Source: Saccostrea cucullata (lineage: Eukaryota). From it: a DNA stretch of 64,000 bases. The notes below the pieces were generated by a model. The model worked only from the letters and a program-made list of their open reading frames with translations. It was not told the DNA's origin and searched no databases. Each line of letters begins with the position of its first letter. The stretch's first letter is position 1. Both the position numbers and the translations under genes were made by a program. The stretch lies in contig NW_026927697.1 of the NCBI RefSeq assembly GCF_032062105.1, positions 248,001 to 312,000 of the forward strand, written 5' to 3'. Of this stretch, positions 25,111-38,922 are shown piece after piece.

Positions 25111-28100
25111 CTATAACATAAAACTTTCACTACCATTAATCGTCACTTTTATAAGAGATTGTGGTGAATCTTGATTACTTCTCTTTGATCTGAAACCAGT
25201 CTGGGAATTATGCTTTTTATTTTGCTGTACACCATTTTGTTTGACCCCTGCCTTAGGATAATGTCTATCCATTTTCAGTCGCTGTGTTTCGGCACTATTT
25301 GCATTAGTTCTAGAGATTGGTTGGTCCTCATAAAAGAAAAACTGAGGTTCCTCTTTCATTTTTTCAAAAGAGCGATTATCATATACAGATTGTTGAGTAT
25401 CAGCTTCATATGAAGACAGGATCCCAACATTCTGCATGGAGCTATTAAAGTCTTGTCTTCCTTTCAAGTCTCTCCGATTTCTATAATTAAATCAAAATAA
25501 AAATAAATTCATAGATAAAATATGGATAAAATTGATTCCTTAAGTTAATTCTAAAGTTTAATACCTTTTGCAAAGAATAACTGCGATGACAAGAATCCCG
25601 AACAGAAGAACTCCACTCACTGGTAAAACAGCGTACAAAACTGAAAATAAACATAGATCCTTTACACAGCGTACAATACTGTAAAGATACAGAGATCCTT
25701 TACACAGCGTACAATACTGTAAAGATACAGAGATACTTTACACAGCGTACAATACTGTAAAGATACAGAGATCCTTTACACAGCGTACAATACTGTAAAG
25801 ATACAGAGATACTTTACACAGCGTACAATACTGTAAAGATACAGAGATACTTTACACAGATACTGTAAAGATACAGAGATCCTTTACACAGCGTACAATA
25901 CTGTAAAGATACAGAGATCCTTTACACAGCGTACAATACTGTAAAGATACAGAGATACTTTACACAGCGTACAATACTGTAAAGATACAGAGATCCTTTA
26001 CACAGCGTACAATACTGTAAAGATACAGAGATACTTTACACAGCGTACAATACTGTAAAGATACAGAGATACTTTACACAGCGTACAATACTGTAAAGAT
26101 ACAGAGATCCTTTACACAGCGTACAATACTGTAAAGATACAGAGATCCTTTACACAGCGTACAATACTGTAAAGATACAGAGATCCTTTACACAGCGTAC
26201 AATACTGTAAAGATACAGAGATACTTTACACAGCGTACAATACTGCAAAGATACAGAGATACTTTACACAGCGTACAATACTGTAAAGATACAGAGATAC
26301 TTTACACAGCGTACAATACTGTAAAGATACAGAGATACTTTACACAGCGTACAATACTGTAAAGATATACATAGCCTTCAAAACTGTAAAGATAAAGGGG
26401 TACGTTTCACAGCATATAAAGTGTAAAAATAATTTGGATAAAAAACACAGCGTCAGTAATGTAAAGAAACAGAGATAATTTACATGGTGTATTTTCTTTA
26501 TCTTCACTCTTAAAAATTATTTTTACTCATATGGAGACGCCACCACTTGCCGGTGTAGAGCTGCACATTTTGTTCTATACTCGGCATTTACGGCCATTGA
26601 GCAAAGCTGCAGGGATATTGGGATGATTTATACAGCATACAAAAGTGAGAAAACGTAGAAAGCTGTTTAAATATTATAGTTTGCAGCTAACTGTAAAGTT
26701 TTACCTAACGTAACGATCTTTTCGGCAGATGCATCCAGCGTAAACAATTCACGTGATTGGTCAATTCAAATTATCAACATTGACACGGAAATATTCTATT
26801 GCACGAGCAACCAATCAAGGATAAGAAGAAAGTTCCAGTCGGAAAGCTTGCGGTTAGGGGACGTGTACAATTTACCTTGAGCGCAGCTGTCAACTAGATC
26901 GTGACGTAACGTGAAACTTTACAGTTAGCTGCAAACTATAATATTAAAAAAGGGATAAGATGCCAGAGCAAACAGAAATGTAACGATACATGCAGTGCTA
27001 ACACATTGTACAACGATGAAAGAAAGTTATTACACCCTACAAATATGTTAACAAACAGGGATAGGTAACATAAAGAAGATACTAGGATGGTTGAAAAACT
27101 GATATAAAAAACTACCAGGAATAGTTTTTATTACATATAATCCTCTACAAATAGAAAATAAATCTCTATATTATGAGAATTATTCTAATTGTGTTAGCTA
27201 TCTGAAGATTCCTGTGTAGTTTAAACCGTGTACAAAACTGTTAAGAAAAGGGGTAGTAAAAACAGTTCACAAAACCGTGAAGATGTGGCATTCTACAACG
27301 ATTATTGTAAACATCAAATGAAACTGCCGGACATTATTCTCCAATAAATCACGAACGTCATCAAAAAATTATCAGATCAGAAACACGTATCAACCTTGAA
27401 CAATTCAATTGCATGTTTGGCTGTAGAATGAAATACTTGTTTAGACCGCACCGATGTGTCGTCATTTGCAGTATAAACACTGTAAATTGCATCAAGTTGC
27501 TGATGAAGGTCGGTTTTTATAGCTAAGCGGGCTATTCCACGGACCTCCCTACACATTTAAACAACGTGATTTTAGTAAAACCGAAACATGATTTTGTTTC
27601 CGCATCTATTCATTAAAACTTATCAATACATATTACGAACAAATTTGTAATTCAAAAAGGCTATATTTAATGCAACGAAAGCTCAAATCGTCTGATTTCC
27701 ATACATAGGTAAGTAAACAAAATTTCGCTCTGGTGTTAAATGGAACAGCGTTATCGAGACATGGTGACCTAATTCATTTCTCTATAGAGGAACCGATCAG
27801 CCGTATTTTAGCATGTTAAGCGATCTTTGTAGAATAGAAATAAAGTCCTTGTTGTCGTGAATGATGCAAGATAACCTCCTCGGTCTCGAAATGTTGTTTT
27901 AAATATATAAGTCTGGGCTAACGAGGATGTTATCCTGCAGCATTCATGAAAACGCGGACCTTATTTCTTAAATATATAATATCAGCAGAGTTGGATATCC
28001 AACTGATCAATTTTAAACATACAGTCAATATGATTCCTGAAAAATATTCAGAAAGGTATTTTACGAATATTATCATAGGGATTGTCTATTATGAGTGAAA

Positions 28101-30356
28101 AAGGAGATAAAGATATGGACCTTTCTTAACGCTTGATAATAATAGAGTCATACAAATGTATTTTCTAATACGAGTACAATAAGCTAAAGATTTCTGAATT
28201 TATTTTTTTTTTCATGTTTACTTATTGAGAATCTTAATTTTAAGTTAAAAATGATTAAATGATATTATGCTGGGGGAAAATAGATGATTAAGTTTTTGAG
28301 AGTACCATTAAAATCTGTAGAATGAACAACTTCCAATGTCAATGGTGGCGTAGTTACAGTCTCCGTCGACATCACTGGAGTCATCGATATGGAATCTGAT
28401 GATGAAGACTGATTTATTTCTGTCGTGGAGGAGTATTGGTTCGTAGTGGAAGCTCTGTCTTTCGCCGTTGTTTGGTATGTTTCTGATGTCACTAAAGTAA
28501 ACTTTTCAGTTGTAGTAAAATTCTGCACATCGACAGATTTTGTTGTTTGGTGTATTTCTGAAGTACTATCATAGTTTATAGTTGTAGTAATTTTCTGTTT
28601 TTCAACAGTTTCCGTCGTTTCTGATCGGTTCTTGATATCAATTGTTGTACTAGCAAGAAAATAATCTGTGGACTTGCTTGCTGTTGGGTTGTCTGTTGAT
28701 ATTACAGGCTCGTTCGATGAAGACGCAATTAAAGTTGTTGACCCTGATACTGTTGACATGGATGTTGGTGCTGTTGTGAATATGGTTGATAAAGCATTGT
28801 TTGATGTGCTCCATTGTTTAGTGTCTTGAAAATTTGTTGAGAGTTCTGTTAGAGATGAAGTAGAAGTTGAGGGAACTCTGAATTCTCCAGGACTGAAGCA
28901 TTGAGCACTGAGTGTTGCTTGCTCTGTAATTAAAGCATGAAGAATATTTCATGGATATATTCTATTGTTATTCTGTATTAAAGTTGTAATTGTTGTATAA
29001 ATCATGTATATGAAACACATTAAATAATATAATAAATGTCAAAATAGAAAGAGGGGAAAGAGAGAAACCAATAGCAACTCTCTTGAATTCTTAAAGAAAA
29101 TACTACAGTCGATCAACTCAATATTTATCTTTTTTTAAACTAGGATTGTTTATAATAACCATTTCCTATTCAGTACATAGGAATCTTGAACAGAGCATGG
29201 CTCTTACAACAATTAGATATAAAATGACGTAGGTATTAATAATGCACTTTATTTTACTATGTATGATTTGATTCAAAAACATTTAACATAAACGCAAAAT
29301 TCATTCCTGTATTAACAAAAGAAATTATTTTATTGCCTGATCCTTTCCTGGTGTGCTTACCGAATCTCAATGAGAAAAGGAAACAGAACCCAGTGGACCA
29401 GGTCTGTGATATATTGCTTAGCGTTAGAGTGATACTAGAGTGCCTGGGTAAGTGATACTCCGTATCCACGACGTGGTGACAATGGATGTCACGGATCTCT
29501 TCCTGATTATTGTTTGACAGTTTTACTTTCAGTCCACAGTTGGCTGTCGGTAATAGAGAGGTCTCCTGCTTCATGTAGAGTACGGAGGTATTGTATGTAC
29601 TCAATACCTTGATCTCACACATGCAATGACTTGATACGCTCTCATCACGGGGAAGGTATGCATCAAGAATTAAAAAGGTATTTGATTCTTTCATGTTGTC
29701 TGTGCAAAATGATAGAACTGCAAAGAAGGTAAAAAATGTAATTAAAGAAAAATATTTATACATCTGCCACCATGACTTAGAAGCATACATGTTTATCGAC
29801 TTTAGGTCATAGTTAATTGGCATTGAATTTATATTAAATGCCTTCCTGGTTCGTGACAATTACCTTACCTGGTAAAGACCTCTCCTGTGCAAGTCCCTGG
29901 CATCTGTTTTCATTTGTATTCCCTAATTTACCTATGGAAACGAAGTAAAATAACGTAGTCAGTGGTATCAATATCTCTTTCCAATTAGACACAAGATTTA
30001 AATAATCAAGAAATTGTGTCAAACAACCGACATACATGTAAAAAGTGCGTAAGTGTTATCATATGTAATGACATGATTCACACCGAAATATGAACAAGTA
30101 ATTATGATACATGTAACAGTCATATCTTCTACAGGTTTAAACATTTGGATGCCAACTATTTCTTTTCAATTATTCACCAATTTTAAATCTTCTTGTTAAA
30201 TATAACACGATTTAAAAACATTTTTTCTATAGGACAAGATATGTAAAAAATGGTAGTCTAAAGAATATTGAAACGAGAATCCCAATAAGTACTGATGTAC
30301 TTACCGTAAGTGAGGAGAAGGCAGATTACTGTCCACCCTCTGACTTTGGTAGCCAT
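25111..30356 (-). CDS. Gene C: type I membrane receptor-like protein (Cys-rich domain, mucin stalk, TM, tail), about 508 aa
   Basis: Exons 30356-30305 (MATKVRGWTVICLLLTY), 29922-29869, 29717-29361, 28923-28306, 25640-25565 (TM), 25480-25111; total 1527 nt, in frame. Confidence 0.8.
25655..26370. repeat. 38-bp minisatellite, about 19 copies
   Basis: Unit CAGCGTACAATACTGTAAAGATACAGAGATMCTTTACA; one internally deleted unit; degenerate copies continue to about 26490. Confidence 0.95.
26677..26938. mobile_element. hAT-like MITE
   Basis: TIR TAGTTTGCAGCTAACTGTAAAGTTT; 8-bp flanks AAATATTA/TAATATTA (7/8 match). Confidence 0.75.
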
Positions 30357-31748
30357 GGTCGATACTACCTGCCTCTTAACATGCCTAAATCTATCAAAGA
30401 ATTTGACACATCGACTGCATATTCTAAGTAGGGTTGACAATGGGTAGTTTATTTCACTTTGACGAAAATTTGATATATAAGGCTGAGTATTGATACATTC
30501 TATCATGCATGCATAATTCAGGATTTAAAGCCCCTTTCCATTTTATGCCTGTGTGTGCAGTGATACCTGATGAAATCGGTTTTATGGAAAATAAGAAAGG
30601 TTAAGTGTCCATTTCAGTTCTTTTCAGAGTTCTATTTCAGATATTGATCTGATAAGGGTCGCTTTAGTTTTAAAATAAAGAAAAAACAAAAAAAAAACTT
30701 ATTTTTTTGCTACATTTCAGACGATAAAATCAATTTGCATAACCTTTCGCTCTTGCGATGTTATTAATTTACAGAACAGCTTCGGCAATATAAAGCAATC
30801 TTTCTGATAAAGTTTGTTTCCTTTTATAAGTTTTTTTAGTTTTCGGTCGACTTTGGGACGTGTAAAATTGTAAAGCTGAACCTTGCACAGTTATCAGTAA
30901 ATGAACAGAGAACGACGACCTGGTCACCTGCGGGCGTTCGTCAGGTGAAGGAAATAAACAGAAGGAAAATCAATATATTTTCATTTATAAAATTTGTTCG
31001 ATTACTCATAATATGAGTATACATGTACAGAGTTTACATATTAATTGTTAATATAAAGTAAAAAAAAAAAATTATACAATAATGCTTTATGGTAATAACT
31101 TTAGGTGAATAATGAAAATATACATTCATGTCTTGTAATTTAAAGAATCCCATATACAAATAAATCCACAACACACGTCTGAAAATTCTACAATAACAGT
31201 AAAAAGCATATAAATTCGGACATATTTGTTCCAAATGTATGCATTTAATTTTCTCTCATTTAATTACACATGTGATTACAAAAAAATCATAAAAATTGCT
31301 TAACTGCAAAAATTGCACAATCAGATAAACAAATAACTTATGATGTCATGATTTTTTGAATCTTCAAATGAAAATTTTACCCTGACTTTCCCTTGCAAAC
31401 GCATGAATGATGTGTACAAATAAAATGAGAGCACCATATGTATTGTAATGCTGATAATAACAATAGTTGCCATTAAGATAAATTCTATTTAATTCTTCAT
31501 TCAATCGAGTTTTGTGACGTGAAATATTTTCTCCATCAGTATGATATACTGGTTGAATGAGAATATTTTCCAAGGCAAACACCTTTGATCATGATGTAAA
31601 TGCGTACTGTTAATTCAAATGGAGTCAATGTACTACTAGCATCTTATATATCACTGAACAGAGTACATTACTATTGAAGCTGCTAAGGTTCTGGGGTTCA
31701 GAACAAATTCAACAACTCAGTTCTATTAACTTTCGCAATTACTACTTG

Positions 31749-34700
31749 CTAGAAATAAATATCAGGTCCGTTTTGAGTGCCTTTATTGACAACAGCGTAC
31801 TTTGGAATATTTCCACTCGCCCGGTAATCTTTCACATTATATCTAACAAATGGTCCTTCTGTTAAGTTGTGGGGTTGTACGTGGGATTCTACATCATCTA
31901 AGGTAGTGTTTGATAAAACAATACCATCTATTTCAATTTCCTCGGGAATTTTCGTAAACTCTGCATTAATGTCAGGTCCCTCGTCATAAGCATCATAACC
32001 AAAGTTTGTTTCTCCCATGGATGGATATTTATCAATGGAGATGTTCTCATTATCTTTAGGATACTTTATCTCTCGGCTTCTGGAATACAAAGAAAATACA
32101 ATCTGAGGCAAATGTTTGGAGTTCTTAATAAGTTAAATATAGATAATCAAGACTTCGACGAAAACTCATCGTGTCAGGTGTGTAAATTTTTAATATTCGG
32201 CGTATTTGAAATTTCTGAAACATTTATACCTACCTTTGGCATTTGATGAAGGCAAAAACCAATACAACGAGAAGTATTATTCCAAGTAATATTGCTGGAA
32301 TTATTCCACTCCCTAAAAATTTAAAACGTTCATAAGATAACAAAGATATTTTTAAATATTTGTACAATTATGGCTCTCTCTATTATTTACCCTATTACGT
32401 AATGAAAGGTTTCGAGAGAACTGCAAGCACAAAATGCAGTGAAATGTTTTATCTCCTGTCGTTATCCTTTTATTTTCACACTTTTATCAATTGTTTAGCA
32501 TACTCTTTAACTTCTCTGAAATGTTTGGTTGTCTGTAAATCTGTGATTAATAATTGAGATTATATCAGTCAATGTCTTCATTTACATAGAAGAATTTTTG
32601 AAATGTTAATATTATATCCATACGTACATGGAGTCCCCCGCTCCGGAAGGGGTTTACTAGTTGTTACAAATGGCGTCGTTCTCTTTGTAGTGGTACTCTG
32701 GATACCGTCGGTAGATGTCAATATTGCTGATGATGACGTTGACGTCACTGGTTGTTTTGACACCTGCTCAGTAGTTGTTGAGGTCAAGTTTTGCGTTGTT
32801 ACAGACTTTGAAGTTTGAGATCGAGCTGTTGTCGAGTCTGCCACGTCTTTCGTTGTTGTGAGAGCTGGGGTTTGAGTGGGAGCAGTTGATGATTCTATGA
32901 CGTTATTTCCAGTGGTGGACTCTGGCCTATCCTTAGTTACGTCATTGTCAGTGGTCTTGTCTTCAGTGGTTGTATCTATTTCTGTGGTAAGACCACTAGT
33001 GACAATATTTGATGTAGTGGTTAAAATTTCAGATGTGGTCACTGTCTGGAATGAAGATGAAGTTGTCACAGTGTCTATTGAAGTAGCTGCCGTTGTCATT
33101 AAAGCTCCAGTTGTTGCTGCCTGGGATGACGCGGGTAAGGTTTGAGAAGCTGTTGTTGAGAGTGATGAGGTGCTTTCTTCTGTTGGAACTGACGATTGAG
33201 TTGATGTTGATAGACTTTGTGAGGCGGTTGATGTTGTGGTTGTAATTTGTGCTGTTGTTATAGGTGATGACAGACTTGTGTCCGTGGTTGTCTGACTTCC
33301 AGTTGTCAGGGAAGATGAAGAAGTCTCTTCCTGCTCGGTTGTTGGAGGAAATAGTGTTGTTGTTGAAGAAGGTAAAGTGTCTCCTTCACAAGAGATGTTT
33401 AGCATGGCAGATGAATCAGCTTTAAAAACATAAAAAATATCTTCAGTGCAGTTCACAAGTATATATATTACCATAACTTGTCAATATGTATTAAAGCCTT
33501 ATCATTATTTAAAGTGAAGTATATAGATTTGAGAAGTGAAGCATATAGACGTGTTTTCATATTGTATTTTATGTTATAACTTTAATAAATGAAGCACAGG
33601 TCTCATACAAATGTTTTAGCCGTTTCATTGAAAAGATTTTGTGGAATTCTAATGTTTACCTGATTCAACAGATATACAGTAACTTGTGTCGGAGGTTAGC
33701 CGTGGATCCTCTAGATTAATTTTAACATCTGACCCATTAATTTGAAGCTGCTTGTCAGTCACAAAACAGTTCATTGAAAAACTTGTACCATCAGCTTGAA
33801 CTATTACAGAACTCCCACACCCTTTCTCAGGATGGACGCCGTTGTAGTTTGTGAAGTTCAGTGTATTAGGTTTATCACTGGACACTGTACATAGACAGGT
33901 TGTGGTACTAGATTCTTTGGCTCTGTAAGCGTCTATGACGACGTGACGCCCTAATATCTGGTTGTTGTAACATAAAAGGGCAACTGGAAAATACGTAAAC
34001 ATTTATGTCAAAATCAATGGGGAAAATATTTGTTTTATCAGTAGTTAATTTAATTTTAGTTATAACAAGTCATTTGAATGAATAAAAAAAATTATGTAAT
34101 ATCGTGTAACAAGTTGGTTAGCCACATATTTAGGTCTTTTAAAATATGCTCAATCAATTTGAAGCCAATTTTAGAGGAAAAATTGTGTTATTGTCTACAC
34201 TGAAATTAAATTATATATATATATGAGAATGAGGCTTATTTGTACCTATGTTGTACGATACAATATAACTTAGGCCAGTTCATGCGGCGAAGCGGTTTAT
34301 AAAGCGTAAACTGATCCTAGTTAGGTATAGGTTCAAATAAGCTTCATTCCTTAAATGTTTGGAAGCTCCATCAAATCAAAATAAAAGTTTGCATTTTACC
34401 TGGAATTGAGTTTGTCTTTGCCATATTATAACAGGGGGAGTAACTCCTCGCAAAGCCTAAAATTAGAAATTTTGATGTTATTTTAAGATCTTGTTTACAG
34501 TGTGCTTTATTCATTTCTACATGTGCAGTTTTCTTTTAGTAATGCATTTGTTGTTATATTTCTATGATTTGCAGAGAGGATGGTTATGAAATTATTAATT
34601 GCATAACTTTTATTTGATTTTTTTTTTAAAAAAGCACATCAGAACATCCGTGTACAGATGAATATTATTAAACAATAATTATTTAGATTACTTTGCAAAT

Positions 34701-36265
34701 ATTAATGGTACATGAACAATGTAATTCAATCTGTATGCACAAATCTATTAAAGTGACGCATGCTAGTAACTTCGATTCTAAACATTTTAGGCCTAGATCA
34801 ATTAATGTTTTAGTCTTGAAATTTAGATTTTTTTTTTTTTGCAGTGAATGATGAAAATATTTCCTCAAATGACTTGTTCTACGTATACTTTATTAGCTAT
34901 GTCATCTTTCTTGATATAGTATATATGTAGAATGTACAAATTTTATTTGAAAAAAATTGTAACGGCTTTTCATAATTTGTATCCTTCTGAGATATCTTAT
35001 ACGAGTACATGTATGTACACCATCTCACTCATTTGCCGAATGTGGACACCAAAATAATACGGGCTTCATTTTAAGCTAACAACGGGATGGGCAAGAGACG
35101 GTTGAGAAGAAGAAAACAGAATTTTTAGGGTGAAGATAGATAGGTATACGTACATGTAAATAGATTGTTTTTCTTTCTTTTCTTAAATATCCTTAGGAAA
35201 CACGACTCTCCTTATCCAAATGGACATTATTTATGTACGATGTGTTTAATTTTTTTACTTCATTGATGTTTTTAAAGGAATGGATTGTTTTGATAAATAC
35301 ATGTATGTGTATATAAAAAGAGTGATGGATTTGTAAATATAATGTAGAAATTCCTGCTTGAAAGACAAGAAAATTTAATGCATGGGTAACATGAGAGTAA
35401 ATGGATCGTCAGTTTATTCACACAAAACTGTAATATAAACCCACAAAATTTATTGAAATCCTTGACACAGACATAAAAAATATGTTACTCATATCTTTAA
35501 TTTATTCAGTATTCGTCTATAAACCTTATTTTCAGAGATACTTAATACAAAGGATTGAATGTTTTATAAAAAGCAATAAATAAGGAAGTACGTTTTTTTG
35601 TCCGTCGATAAATATTATTCCTATGCTTTATACAGGATCCTTATTTATACCTGTGTTTGGCCGACATTAAATTTTATACCCAGCTGATAGTCAATAATTA
35701 CAACAGATGGTACGGTAATCTTGAATAAGGATTACATCGATTTTAGGCTCGTCCTTCTCTGCATTGTCGTTTGTTTATCTCTATTTACATTTTAAGTCCA
35801 AAAACATTACATCTTAAACCCAAATAGCAGCAAAAATTATTTGAAATTATTGTAAATGTCATCAAGCCGATTAGTACGCTCTTCTTTTTTTTTCTGAAAA
35901 AAGCATTATTGAAATATACCTCAAAAATGATAATTTAAATATATCACTGGGGATGTACATGTATTATCTATAAAATGACACTTTAGACGAATCGAAATTG
36001 AATTATATTAAAAACGCTAAATTGAGTACGTTTTGTTTCATGAGTACACGCACATACACACGCAGCAAAAAACCCAAAATATTATGTATACAAAATAAGA
36101 GACAAGTTTTCACTTTTTTTCTGATATTTGATATTGGCTATTTTTTCCTTATGGGACGATATGTGTAAGTTGATCAAGTGGTTAACGAAATTAAAAATAC
36201 AACAAACCTGCAAATATTAATACAGTACTTATGATCCATAATTCCTGGTTTCCTCGTTGCGCCAT
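31749..36265 (-). CDS. Gene D: type I membrane receptor-like protein (Cys-rich domain, long mucin stalk, TM, Tyr tail), about 546 aa
   Basis: Exons 36265-36208, 34456-34400, 33983-33660, 33419-32628, 32312-32234 (TM WSGIIPAILLGIILLVVLVFAFI), 32079-31749 (tail with KYAVVNK); 1641 nt, in frame. Confidence 0.85.
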
Positions 36266-36770
36266 GGTCCGTGGATAAGATAGTTTAGTAGGGTAGCCGC
36301 CCTGTGTCGTGTCATCACAAATTTTACGTTCTTTTTGAAACTTAATCGTTTCTCGGCCACACCGCTCCTAAGTTTTCGGTATTTCAGTTATTTCATTTCC
36401 TTTTGATACGGAGATGAAAACAATAAACTTCTTCCGTAAATAAAATTTTGGTACTAAATTCTCATCTCATTACACATTTAAAAGTTTCTATACAGAGAAA
36501 TTTAAAACAACCCGTGACCGTGGTTTTATTAGTAAGTTAAATGTAAGGTCATTAGACATTAAGGGAGAAGTATGGTGTATAACTGATATCAGACAGGCAA
36601 CAGATCGGAGGGAAGCCGGCCATGTCATTTTTTAACAATGGCAGCATGTTACTTTAACGAATGAGTGAACACAGAAAAATCGAAGAGATAATAAATTAAC
36701 TTTTATGTCGCTCTAAACCCATTACAGTGTATATGTACATAAAGAAAGGGCGTCGCCCTACCCCCACAAT

Positions 36771-36885
36771 AAAAGAGTTTACAAACATAAAACGAGAATT
36801 ATGTCCCTATTTACCGTTATTGCAACAAAAAGAGTTTACAAACATAAAACGAGAATTATGTCCCTATTTACCGTTATTGCAACAA
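36771..36885. repeat. 57-bp tandem duplication
   Basis: Two copies of AAAAGAGTTTACAAACATAAAACGAGAATTATGTCCCTATTTACCGTTATTGCAACA. Confidence 0.9.
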
Positions 36886-37457
36886 TTTCCTCCTATAAAG
36901 TTAGTCTAAGTTTCAACATGTTCAATTTTTTCTCGCTTATAAAAAGAAAATGTCACATGCCTTTTATTCAACTTCTAAATTTAACTTAATTTTCAAAAAA
37001 AAATTATATACATAAAAAGATACTAGCAATAAATTAGCTGATCATAATCAAGAAAAAAAAACCAATTAACTTTGACAAGTTTAAAAGTTTTTATAGTCCT
37101 ACATGCTAAAATGAACTACATGTATAATCTAACGAACTCAAGATTGAGGCAGAAAAAATTTCTTCGAGTTATCTTTCTTGGACGTGATTTCCAATCTTTA
37201 TTGAGACATTCACGGGAAATATTGATCCAGATATCTCGGAAATGTAAGAACTCAATTCCAGGTTACATTTTACTGATAATTTTTATCCTGACTAACAATC
37301 ACATGAACTGTATGACATTTATTGGTTGATGGAATCATTAATTACAAAGAAGTCCCAGAAAATTAAATAATAACGATTCCTGATCTTACCATGCACATCA
37401 AACATGTCCCAAGGTTGTAGGGAGGTTATGCATTTGAGATCGATGGAAATTGTAAAT

Positions 37458-38184
37458 TATGCGCCCGAATCGATAGATCCGGTGCGTATATTGTTTTTGT
37501 CCTGTCTGTCTGTTTGTTTGTTTGTTTGTTTGTCTGTAAACTTTAACCTTTGCCATAACTTTCGAACCATGAAAGATAGAAACTTCATATTTGGTATACA
37601 TACGCCACTAAGTAAGGTCTTTTAAATGACATCAAGGTCAATGGAATTTTGACCTTGACTGTGACCTTTATGCTAAAAATAGCTTTTTATCTGCAAACTT
37701 TAACCTTCGCCATAACTTTTGAACCATGAAAGAAAGAGACTTCGTAATTGGTCTGCATACTCCACTAATTAAGCCCTTTCAAATGACATGAAAGTCAATG
37801 ACCTTGTGACCTTTACTTTGACCTTTATCCTAAAAATAGTTTTTTCGTACCTTTGCCATAACTTTCGAACCATAGAAGATAGAGACTGCATATTTAGTAT
37901 GCATACTCCACTAATTAATCTCTTTCAAATGACACCAAGGTCAATGACCTTGTGACCTTGACTGTGACCTTTATGCTAAAATAGTTTTTTTCGTAACTTT
38001 GCCATAACTTTTTAACCACAAGAGATATAGAGACTTCATATTTGGTATCCATACTTTACTAATCAATTTCTTTTAAATGATACCAAGGTCAATGACCTTG
38101 ACTGTGACATATTTGCTAAAAATAGCTTTTTAAAAAAAAAATTGTTGCCGCCGGGCGCATAGTGTTTCACAAACACATCTTGTT
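37458..38184 (+). mobile_element. Helentron/HINE-like (CvA/pearl-type) element with internal tandem repeats
   Basis: 5' hairpin, (GTCT)/(GTTT)n microsatellite, about 4 repeats with AAGGTCAATGACCTTG, 3' GCCGCCGGGCGCATAGTGTTTCACAAACACATCTTGTT. Confidence 0.8.
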
Positions 38185-38922
38185 TCATTATTTTTTTTAA
38201 AGATACATTACATGCACATGTCCTCATGAATCTTCGGAAATTAAATTCACTTCTTAAGTAAACTTGCATATACATGTAATTGTTTTAATAAATGAATCAA
38301 AATCATTTAAATCTATAAACAATTCAAAAAGATAATGATTTTACTATTAGATCTTACATGCTATAAATCCTAAATTGAAATGAATGAAAGAAAAACTCAC
38401 ATTAATGTGGTCTTATTAAAATTAAAATGGATAAAACATATAATAACATTCAGTATGATATGAAATTTCTTTATAATATCTATTTTGAAACCTACACTGT
38501 AGTCAGTTTTTACACTTTACTTTGACACTGCTAGGCAAAATACACAATACAAACTACATGTAAATAAATATATTAATTTTCGATTAAACTAAACCTCTGT
38601 ATCATATTTGTCAACACGATGAGGCGCTATTTTAGGGCCGACAACATCCGAAATTAAATATTAAGCAATGCTTATATAATTCTGTTTACTTGTTGAGAGC
38701 ATTTTACACTTCAGAAACAAATATACCTATATATAAAATTAAACTTGATACAAATCGGTTTTCATTATAAATTGTAGAATAAACATTTTCAAATGTAAAA
38801 ATATAATTACATCCTTATGAAAAAAATTAATGGTTGCATGAACACTTAATGGCCTGGTTCAAAATAAAACATCAACTTCACTTGCTTCAAAGAAAAGACA
38901 AACAAATTGTTCCACCATTTAC

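Noticed and set aside
25655-26370. CRISPR-like array
   Set aside because: Head-to-tail 38-bp units with no unique spacers, no cas genes and a eukaryotic context; it is a minisatellite
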